Below, one piece after another: positions 13,101 through 25,100 of a stretch of DNA of 64,000 bases. The notes beneath the pieces were generated by a model that searched no databases, was not told the DNA's origin, and saw only the letters and a program-made list of their open reading frames with translations. Positions within the stretch are counted from its first letter, which is position 1, and each line of letters opens with the position of its first letter. Source of the DNA: Callorhinchus milii (lineage: Eukaryota); NCBI RefSeq assembly GCF_018977255.1, contig NW_024704743.1, forward strand, positions 89,530,001 through 89,594,000, given 5' to 3'. A program made the translations under genes and the position numbers.

Positions 13101-16100
13101 TATTTTTACACTGGCCTGCCTAACATCCAACAGGAACATCTCCAAATGTACAATAAGCAAAACAAACCAATTATTCCCCGATCTACTGTGAGCTCTTCTG
13201 TATTACTGCTGCACTGTGTGCAGGTGGTTACGAGCCCACCTTCAGGAGGTGGTATCATTGGTTCACTCAACTGTAGTATAAACACAGGAGTGTCTGAATC
13301 GATTTGAGCACTGCTCCCAAATGGTCCCTTGACAGTTCTCAGATGGTCCATTGGAACCTTGATGGAATTAAAAGTCTATCACCCTATAGTTGTGAATACA
13401 CAGAAATCTCCTTTTCTCGAGGTAAATACAATTAGAAGCAAAGAGTATGAATCAGTATTCCACTGTCACATCACTTTATTGCTGGAAGTGATGAACAAGG
13501 CAATACTTGGTAAAATTACAAAGCAAGGAAGCACTAGTCTGTGTCTAACATCAATGTGGGTTGTGGAATAGACAACCCACAGTTTCTTTTACTAATTTAA
13601 ACAATGTGCCCTTTCAACTTGCTGAAAATATTTGTGTTCTCCAGGTACCTGAGGTGTTACTATTGGGCAGTCCGAACTTTGATTACTATTGGTGGTCTTC
13701 CTGAACCAGTCACTGTGTTTGAAATAATCTTTCAGGGGTGCAATTATTTCTCAGGTGTCTTTGTGTTCTCCAGCTTAATTGGTCAGGTAAATGGACATAA
13801 TATCTAAGAATGAATCACTGTTCCTTGCAGTGCATTCATTCTATCAATCTAAGAATAGTTCACAACTTGGTGCCAAGCCTAAGGCTGGACGAAAGAATGA
13901 ATCCACTGCTGGTGGTGAATAAAATATCTCATAGTAAGATGCCTATCACAAAATACTTGAATACCTAGCTTTGCCTTCAATGGGAATTTGACTTCAATGA
14001 AGCGTTTTTTTTGCAAATCTTCAGTATTCCATTCAGATTTATGAAATTCAGCAAATGCTTAGATGCTCTGCTTTAAATAAATTACAGTAATACTATCATC
14101 AATCCCTACTCAGAAAAACCTCCCTTGACCTATCCCTGTTCCCTAAATAATTGTTCCATCTCCAACCTCCCTTAAATTAAATGACAGAGCAGTTTTTTAA
14201 AATATAAAAGTGAAAATTTAAACTCAGGCTGTGAGCGAACCATATTGATGCTGCCATATTAGTGTTGTGGAATTAATGATATAGGACTATCTTTTACAGA
14301 AAGTTTTCCCAACCGCACCAAACTACCCAGCCATAGCAGTCTGAAAGAGTAATATCGCATATTTCAAACTAGATTCCCCCTTTTAGCTGGATTTTCTTCA
14401 GATTTTGCAAATGATCATTGCAACTTTTAATGTGCAATATGTTTAATGTGTGAGAAGTTTTAACACCATACTTACCACATGCTAGTTATTTTAAAGCTAC
14501 TAATGTAGTGAGCTCACTGGTGATTTTGTTTTGAAGTGTTTGACAGATTTCTGTTTCCCTCATTTGAAGATGCGGGATGTTATTGGGGCAGCTACCTCTG
14601 CGCAAAATTATTTCCGCAGCTCTATGGACAACACAGTGCACTACATGAACATCAATTCAATTCCAAAAATCGTACACAATCGTGTGCGGACATGGTATGA
14701 ATACACATGGAAATCACAAGGTATCCTGGGTAAGTAATAAGCCCACACAGTCCTTCTCATTTCCAGCCTATGGGCCTTTCCTTGAAAAAAGACATTGTTT
14801 ATTTCAGACGAATCTGAGCTGTTGGAACAGTTGCCAAGTGAGATGCGATTAGCCATTGCCATGGACGTAAGCTTCGCTACAGTCAGCAAAATTGACCTGT
14901 TTAAGGTGGGTATAATTTGGTCCCATTCTTAAGGTGATGAAATGGAGTCCATAACATTTCATGTAAAAAGCATACTGGAAGGATGTTGAGGTGAAAGGCT
15001 GGATGGAATATCTTTCATATTTTTTCTTTATTGATGAGGCACCCATGAACAAGATGGAGTCCTATAGCATAGTGGTTAACGCACTCACCTTGCAAGTGAG
15101 AGGACCTGGGTTCAATTCCACTTTACAATATATTCTGTGAAGTGCTTTGAGATGTCTCAACGAAGTGATAAGGCACAGTATCAAATGCAATGATTATTTC
15201 ATAAAATCACTTAACAGCCTTACTTAATCAATGTATAATTTTCTCCTCCCTCTATCAATTGATTCTGTATCTGTGACTTCCACTTCATCTTCACAAACAG
15301 TTTCTCCTCTATCCCCTCACCGTTTTGTGCAGCATTCCTCAGGGCTCTGTCCTTGGTCCCCTCCTCTTCATTATCTATATGCTCCCTCTTGGTGACATCA
15401 TCCGCAGACATGGGGTCAGCTTCCACATGTATGTGGATGACACCCAACTATACCTCTCTGCCTCCACCCTTGACTCCAGGACCACTGCTGTCCTGACAGA
15501 ATGTCTGTCAGACATCAAATCCTGAATGAGAGCTAACTTTCTTCAATTGAACGTCAACAAGACCGAGACTCTCCTGATTGGCTCCCATGAGCGCCTCCTC
15601 ACCTCAGGCACTGACAGCATCACCATCCATGGTTGGGCCTCCACTTTACTAAGCCAATCCAGAACCTTGGGGTCTTCTTTGATATGCCATTGTCTCACAC
15701 CACTGGCCGCCGAAACCCTCATACATGCTTTTGTTACACTGAGGCTTGACTATGCAAACTCATTGCTTGTCGGCCTCCCCAACTCCTCCCTCCATAGGCT
15801 GCAGATCATCCAGAACTCTGCAGCCCGTGAGCTCTCCCGCATCAGGCTCCCTGACTCTATCAACCCCATCCTCGTCCTACTCCACTTCATTCCCATCACT
15901 CAAAAGTTACAGTTCAAGATCCTGGTCCTCACCTTCAAAGCCCTCCATGGCCTAGCTTCCCCCTACCAATTTTCCTGCTCCCTCCGCTCAGCGGGCTCCA
16001 GCCTGCTTCATGTCCTCCGACTCGCTCACCCCACTATTGGTGGACAGGCCTTCTGCCACCCTCTGGAACTCCATCCCTCAGGCCCTTCGCTTCACCCCTC

Positions 16101-19100
16101 CCTTGCCTCCTTCAAGACCCATCTCAAAACCCTCCTCTTTGACCGTGCTTTCGATCTCCCTGCTTCCCCACTGCCCGCCACTCTCCCTGATCCCAACCCC
16201 CAGCTCGGGTCTGAAACTTTGTCTACCAAGTGCCTTGGGACGTCCTCCCGATGTGAAAGGCGCTATACAAATGTAATTTTGTTGTTATTGTTGTTCTTGA
16301 GTAATTAATTCTATTGATAACTAATCCTTGACCACAATCGCTTTTCTCCACCAATAAAATATCACCCGCCTCCCTCCTTAGTGCGGGAGACTACACACTC
16401 CTTACCTGTCTGTAAATTCAATCTTGGAGGGCAGGTCTTTTAAGTACTGTGGAAAACTAAATTAAGACTGGGTTTAAAAAAAATTTATAATTCTACACAA
16501 TCTTAAATTTTAAAAATTTTTGGGAATAAAAGGGTATGGAGAGAGTAAAGAGTGGGTAGAAATCCATGTGGAGTATCAACACCGATACAGACTACAACAA
16601 CAACAACAACAAGATTCCATTTATAGAGCGCCTTTCACGTCGGGAGGATGTCCCAAGGCACTAGACAGTTGGGTCAGGACCCGAGCAGGGGGGAAGTGGT
16701 CAGGTGAGGGGAGGGAAGGGAGGGAGCGAGGAGGGGGTAGAAAGTCGAGAGGGAAGCTGAAGGCACGGTCAAAGAGAGAGGTCTTGAGACCGGCCTTGAA
16801 GGAGGAAAGGGAGGAAGCGGCAAAGGCACTGGGGGATGAAGTTCCAAAGCCTAGGGGCTGAGAGGCTGAAGGCCCGGCCACCGATGGTAGGGCGGTTGGG
16901 GCGGGTGATGTGGAGCAGACCGGAGCCAGAGGAACGGAGGGTACGGGCAGGTAGGTAGGGGGATAGTAGGTCGGACTAGCTGGGTTGAATGGCCTGTTTA
17001 TCTGACAGCCAAAGACTGGATGGAATCTGGGGCCTTTGATTTCTTTTATTCTCTCCTGATTAATCTTTATAGTTTGGCTCTCCATAGCCTCCAAGTTTCA
17101 CTAAAAACATAGCTCTTCAACCAAGCCTTCAGTCAACTCTTTCCTTGCTTGAGCTTCCATTCTATTTCTGTAAAACACTTGAAGGTATTATCCTCCACAG
17201 AAGACATAACTTGTTGCTAATGGACTTCATTCTGGAAGTTATTTCCTAAGGAAGAGTGTCCAAAATTATGCAGAATAATTCAGATTAGGTCCAATAATTG
17301 TGGAATAACCTAATTTATTTATATTCTTTCAAATAGCAGAAAGTATCAGATAACATGGCAAACAGTACAAAGATTCAGCCAAAATTCTTCCATGTGCCTT
17401 TTATCTGAGTCAGCAATACAATATCTCTTGGCTTAGTAGGTAATTCAGCACACATTGACATTAAATTGGGAGTGAAAATTTAGAATGTGAAAGTGATAGC
17501 TAGTGTGAGACATGAAAATATATACATTGGTACAATGGGGGTGTGGGGGTGGGGGGTGGGTAGACATGTCCTATGAGACTAGATTTAGAATTCTTTTTGG
17601 AATAGATTTGAAATTGTATATAATAGTAAAATTGGATGCCAAAGATGAACATTGATCCATTACAAAGCATTAATATTTACTACCTCAAAAAGCACAAATT
17701 TAAAAAGTCCCCATATATATATATTCATTTGAAAATGCAACATGTATATTTATAGCCAGTATACGTTTATTGCAAATGCTGAAGAAAATTCTCTATAAAG
17801 TAGTGTGTTTTGGAAAAATGAGATTACTTACCCCACCAAAGTGATTATACCAAAACTTAGCAGCCTCCAGCCTTAGACTGTAGCATTTGTCACAGTTGGT
17901 AAATTCTCAATAGATAGAAAGTATCAGTGACAGGATAACATCTGTAATAATTATTTTCTTACAGTAATCGAAAGGCTGTACGGTTTTGCAAAGAGAATCT
18001 GAAATGAATCTCCATGAGTAACGTGTTACACATGGCACACAGTGTTATTGATTTTGAATGAGTTTTGCCCAAGGCACTGCCTCTTAGCTCAAATCCGAGC
18101 ATATTGGCTGAAGCTGTCACTATTTTAGATGTTTGATAATTGCACATTTCTTCTCAAGAAATCTGTTAAATAACACACATTAAACTGCATTGAGTCACCC
18201 TGTAAATCTACCAATTGAGTAACTATGAATAGTTATATGGACCTCAGCAATACCGCAAATAGTACTACAGCACAGGGAAAAATCACTGAAACAACCATAC
18301 TGTTCTCAGGGACATTATCGACATAGCAAGATCAAACAAGATTAAGCCATTTTAATAATAATAAATAAAATAACATCATTGCATTTGACATAGTGTTTTT
18401 CACTTCAGGAGGATGTCCCATATTGCTTCACATGGTTAACTGTAATGACTCTACATCCTGTAGGGAAACAAGCAAGTCCATCAAGCCTGTTCAGCCATTT
18501 TATTACATATAATGCAGGTCATTTTAATCATTTTCAGAATTCACTGAGCAAGAAATGTGAAGAGGTTGCTATTGACTGCATTTTCTGGGCGTTTGTAGCT
18601 TCATACCTGCTGTAACAGTTTATCTTGTTGACCTCAAATAGATGTGCAGTCATAACATTTTCCCTCAACTGGTACTTTTATATTGCATTGTCATGTCTCT
18701 GCAGGAGTGTGACAGACAGATGATATGTGATATGCTGCTCAGACTGAAATCAGTTGTGTACTTGCCTGGTGATTACGTATGTAAGAAGGTAATCTTCATT
18801 TTTCTCCTCTTCACCAAGTAAATTGATTACAGACAAATCTACCCAATTAAATTCAGCTTTGCTAACATATGATTCATCAAAGACTAATGCCAAGTGCTCA
18901 GAAGTAGCACTGAAGTCAAATAATAAATTCCTGTGAAGAGCACAAAGATTGTGAGACTTCCACTACAAGGAAATTTGATAATCATGTCAAATTGTAGAAA
19001 CCTGAGATTTTGATTACATTATAGGCTTGAGTAAGAAATTAGAGCCTTTACGAACCACTGGAGGTCGAGTGGATTCATCAATAACACAGACAATCATTAC

Positions 19101-22100
19101 CTATCATAAAAGGAAATTATACTTCACCGAAAGAGTAAATTTGATGTGAAATTTCGCAAGTCGCTGGGAATGATTACTTCTTCAAAATACACCTTTCATC
19201 TATTACTTAAAAGATGTGATGGCTGTGTTGGCTTATATCTTATGTCCCACAATCGTCAATTATTCCACAGCCTTTTTGACATCAATCCTTGTTTGTCTTG
19301 TCTTCTGTCCTGCTCCTCGCAACATTGCCTGTGTTCTGCATTATATGAGTCTTGGCCCTTCACCTAGATTTTATGGAAGAGTCACTGAGTTATTATCTTG
19401 GAGCTTGTGCTCATGTCTGGGTATATGTAGCAGGTTGAAATTCTCCCAGTTGGTACCTTTTTCATTATTACTTTATTATTTTGTGTGTTATGGTTTTCCC
19501 AGATGGATCAAAATGCTTCACAATCTCTCTGTGTCAGCAAATAATGTTTAGAAAAAAAGGTTGCTGAAAATTTTTGTAATATTTTCAAAGGTAACATTTA
19601 GGATTTAAATTGCAATTGAAATCTTATAATTCGTAATATGTCGATGGATCAAAAATGTGACTTTCAACACATAGCATTTCACTGCATTTTACAGGGAGGA
19701 TACTGCTAACCAACAATCAAATGCCACAATACTTCTAAACAGCAGTGTAATGACACAGTCCTGCTAACCAGCAGTCAGATACCAAGGGCAACATTTTGGA
19801 CAAAGTCTCATACATGTACACTGTCTGGACTATTGATGTGATTAGAGCACAGTGGGACCAATCTGCTAAAGGATTATTGGTTTGAATCTTGGTCTGCTCT
19901 GACTTTGTCGGTCTCAGCCAAAGCTGCATAGAGAGGTTGAATTGAATGTAGCCTTCCTAGGGTTCCATGCCTAGGTAATGTGTATGTATGAAAGCTTTAG
20001 TAGTTTGGTTTGGATGCTCTTATGCATGATGATCAGTTTCTGCATTTGTCAGCTAACCAGCTGACTGAAGAAAAAAGCCTAAGACTACAGCCAAGGCTTG
20101 GGACCTCAGAGCATGTGTTAGGGTACTACTGAAGTTTAACCAGCTAAATTTAACTAGCCATTGCAACACAGTCTGGCAAATTTTCAACTGCCTGTCTGTG
20201 TAGGAACTGTTAGGGCTTTAGCTTGCAGGGTCAACAGGAGCCAAGTGGGAACTGGTCACTCCAAGTCCCCATGAGCTGATTGATTTATCATCAGCATTGC
20301 CCTGGAGTACTGCAGCACACACAATCAATACATAATGCACTAGGCCATGAAGAGTGCCTGGTAAAATATAGTGAGCAGAGTCCAGAGACACACAGAGAAA
20401 TTGAGACGATGTACCATTCTGTGGCTGTAAAAACATTAGAACATTGACAAAATCAAACCAGTGGTGCAAATCATAACCTTGGATCATGATATAATTGACT
20501 CATTGCTAAAAGGCAGAGTACAAAAAGCAGAAGTCCCAATTCAAAAAAGACAGAGAAAACTCTCCACATGAATTCTCCTGATACAAAGGCTCATTGACCT
20601 CAGCATCCGTCCCACACAAGCCACCAAGCTGTCAATACACAAACATGCTCAGGGCATGAATAGGTCGAAGCAGGTACAAAGAGAGCCAGCAGAAATGATA
20701 CCTGGAATACTTACTTTGTTTAGTCCTTAACACCCAACTATGTTCCGTTCACATCAAAGAAAGCAAACAGTTGAATTTAAAGCAATAGACAATGGCACTA
20801 TTTTCATATTCTTCCTACAGTGGTTGAGGGTGGGGGGAAGAAGCATTTATAAATCTCTGGATCTCCTTGCCTCGATCCCTTGCTCCCTTGTTATCTATCT
20901 TTAAATCCCACCTTAAAACCTAATGCCTCTTCGACCATGCCTATGGTCACTTCCTCCTCTCCCTTCTCCCTTGCTCAGCATACAACTCCAAGAGCGCTCC
21001 AAGATCCTACCCTGCATGAAGGATGCTATATAAATGAAAGTTGTCATTGAGCCATTCTTACTAAAAGCTGCAAATAAAAATCAAAACTATTCTAACTTTT
21101 TATTGGATCATGGCAGGTTCTTTAATCCCATTTCCCCACATTTACTCGATATCCCTTAATACCTTTACCTTTCAAGCATCTCCTTCATAATGACTTCAAT
21201 CACTTCTGCTTTCTGTGGCATTGTATTCCACCCAGCTATAGGTGTGTGTGTGTATAGTATTGAACAATATTGTGTTTCATGAAGAACAATGGTTCCTGTT
21301 CTATCATTCAATATCCTGGCCTTCACTACCCTTCCTGGTAACTCATTCTAGCTATAACTGCAGTCTGTGTAAAGAAATACATCCTGTTGCTTGTCCTAGG
21401 TTTCCCGACAGGCATCACAGTGGATGCAGCGCTTTTTTCTTAAACACAGAGACCAGAACACAGGAGGGGCTGCAAATCAGTTGATAAATTAGTTAGTCCT
21501 TAAGCTACGTTCCGTGTTGCAGGGGGAAATCGGCCGGGAGATGTACATTATCAAGGAAGGAGAAGTCCAAGTCATTGGAGGACCAGATGGCAAAACAGTT
21601 TTCGTTACCCTGAAAGCTGGATCTGTGTTTGGTGAAATAAGGTAATTTTATAACAAAAACTTTTTTTTTATCAAAAAGATGATACTAAACTTGGACTAAC
21701 TCCCAGTGTGTTTATTCTAGAAGCAATCAAAATAGTATCTAATGATAGATTATTTGATTCAGCATTTATTGGACTCTTCAGCTTTAAGTATTTCATAAGA
21801 ATTATATATTTGGGGTTATGAACTATTGCAGATTAAAGGAGTGTCACATCCAATGTGACTTTGATTGTCTCATACTAACGAGGAAAGGGTTATATATGTA
21901 TGCAAGCTGGATGGAGTCTGTTAAAAACTTTGTTATGGAATATTCATCAGGGAGCTACATGGGTGACATGTCACACTGTGCTTGGTCTATTATTAGTACT
22001 GTAATCAAGTTTAATCAGAAAGCTTGTCGTCAATAAAGCTGAAAAAGCAGACTGCACATACAGGTGAGCAGTAGTTTTGTCAATGCCTTGTGGTGATTCA

Positions 22101-25100
22101 ATCTACCACAAGCTGCTGACATGACTTCAGTTACATAAAGTTGCTCTCAGGACAAGCAATACAGCTATAGGCCGACCTGAATACCATTCACTCTCCTCTA
22201 CATAAGCAACTTAGAATGCTCCTCTTATAACTTGTCAGTCACCACAGGAATTACAGGGGATTTCATATTGAAGGGTTTTAAAATGATTTTTAAAATCCAC
22301 AAGTAATACTTTGGTCTTCTTCCTGAGTAAGTTATAGATCAAAAGCTTTGATGTGTAGATCCAGCTTATTCCATAAATCAGCTTAGTTCTATTTGAATCT
22401 GCTTGCAATTTTGTCCTTTGAATTAATTTTTTTATTTTCCAGTAGAAAGAAATTAATTATTTCTAGTTGAGGGTCTGGATAGGCTGCAGTTGCATCAAAA
22501 CAATAATAATGCTGCAAAATAATAATTAATCCTTGCACTTGATATAGCACCTTATCATGTCATCAATACTTCTCAAAGCGCTCACAGAATATACTGTAAA
22601 GTGGTGTGACTGTATTTTGTGGTTGAATGAGGTTAAACTTGATAATGTCCCACCACATCACCTCAACATACATGCACATTAAAATAAATGCTGGTTCCAA
22701 TATCAAAGGGTCTGCAGAAAGAGCAGGGAATTGGGGATTAGAGGAAACCGCTTTAGTGAAGAAACTAGTGAACACATAAGCTTAAAGGTCAATTAGCATC
22801 CTTCAATGCTGCAATTTCTAAGACTTTATAAAGAGGATAGGGAACAATAATATTCAAAATTTACTGCAGTATTAGTGAAGTAAGAACTTGGTTATAAAAC
22901 CGTCCTTATCCTTTTTTGTCCAACAGTTTCAGCATTTTTTGATATTTATCTCATATCACAAAACATTGAAATTAAGTGAATTAATTTATTATAATCAGAG
23001 GTGCAACTTTTATTAGCTTGTGCACATCAAGTGTGATCAGAGCATCAATTGGTCTGTCCATCCACATGTGTTGCATAAACAACAACAATTTTACATTTAC
23101 ACAACTCCCTTCGTGTCAGGACAACATCTCAAAGTGCTGCACAGGGTCGACGAGAAGACTGAGGTTGGGGTAAGGAAATCAAATACTAGGATTCCAAAAC
23201 CATTTGTGCCTTCTGTAAAAAATGAAACAGTACAATATCATATCACTTATTCTTACTGGGTCTATGAAACTGCTTTTAATACTTTTACTCAAATCAATAC
23301 TGAACCGTGAACAGAATGTCCCTAAGCGCATTTAGGCATAGCTGCACTGCTTTATAGTCAAAGACATCAAAGTGAACATTGTATTATGATTAAAGATCCA
23401 TGCAATAGTCTTGAAGTTACTGACCTTTACTGTATTCTATTAATTTTAGAGGATGTTCTTCAATCTGGTTGTGTTGCCTTGCAGCTATAACAGTTATCTT
23501 GGTCTGTACTTCTGATCTCAGATATTTCCCAAAGTGTAGGTGTGAACACAGAATGCAGAATTAATGATGTCTGCTTCTGGTCCTAATGTATTTGTAAATT
23601 TCCATCTGTTAATCTGCTTGCATCGCACCATTGTAACTTTAGCCAAATCGTTCTCTATTTATTTTTATCGCAGCCGTGCAGTAGCGATGGCCACTTACAG
23701 TAATCGAATCTTGCAAATATGAAAGATTTGGCCAATGTGAGATTTGCTTTGCCCAAAATTTGGAGTATTCAAGCAGATGAAATGAGTTGTTTTGTCACAA
23801 GATTTGCTAACCTCATGTTTTGGCCTTGTATGTGCCTCTTGGGCAGAATTATTCCCTAAATCACTGAAGTGTCAGCCTAGCTGTATTGGTAGATCTTTCA
23901 TCTCTATGTCAGAGGCTGTGGGTTGAAGCCCCAGGTCAGAACTTTGAACTTACTTAGTTTATATTTCCATGCAGTGCTGGAGTTTGCTGCATAGTTGGAT
24001 GGCCTGTCCTTTAGATAAACTGTTAAACCGAAGTGGGTAGGCAGGATATCACCAAAGATGCAGTCAGAGATGGGTTTTTATAGCTGTGGGAGGGAAAAAG
24101 CTCCACAGAGCTTCCTTTTTCATTCTGGGAGAATTTAGATAAAATTATGGGTTAAAATTTGGGACACTTCATAATGCACAAAGTAACAAATTTCAGCTGG
24201 AGCTTTTTAAGACATTTTGACTTTTTTGTGATAACATTTTCATGATATTCTTCACTCTAGGATAGGGTGATCATGTTTTGTAAACCAAATCCGAGGACAC
24301 GTATATATACAAAAACTGAACTCACCACAATTGGTGATGCTGGTGGTACAAGAGAAGCTTGTGGATTAATGGCTATATTTCTCTGATTAGTGTAACTGTT
24401 TCAGAATTGTTTTATTGTTCAGTTTGTTGCTGAACTCAAGACAAGCAAGACAGGGCAAACTTGGCCAAGGACACAATACCTCATCCGAGGACTGTCCCCA
24501 GAAATCAGGTACGGATTGTCTATGAGGGTGTATGAGGAAGCTTCAATGACATCTTCAGTCACTGTACTATATGAGGAAGTTTCAATGATACATTTAGGGA
24601 ATAATATCACTGTATGAGGACGTTTTGGGGAAAGCACTGATTGTAGCACTGTCAGGAACAATCTGTTCCAAAAACTCAGCTCTCAAACCACCATATTGAA
24701 CTCCACAGCAAGTTAAGTGAAGACAAAAATAAATGTGTAACACCAGATGGCATTGCATTGCCATCTGCGTCATCCATCCCACCCTCCTGTGTGTATTGAC
24801 ACTTTGCCATGGCAACACTGCCCCTTTAATGAATGGAGGCACAAAAAATGTCAGCTGCAATTCAAAAAAATCCACATTTTGCAGTGTTGAAAGGTACTTT
24901 AAAAATAGATAAACCCTATTGGGTGTATTTTAAAAAAAAGACACACTTGGTTAAATTGGATTTTCCTGCAAAAAGTAAGGATTGATGTTTAACTCTTTGT
25001 TGGTTCGGTTTGATGCAGTTTAACAACTGGAATAAATAAGAAACAACACCTCCCAGCAATTAGAGGACAACCATCCATCATTAAAGATACTGAGCTCCCC

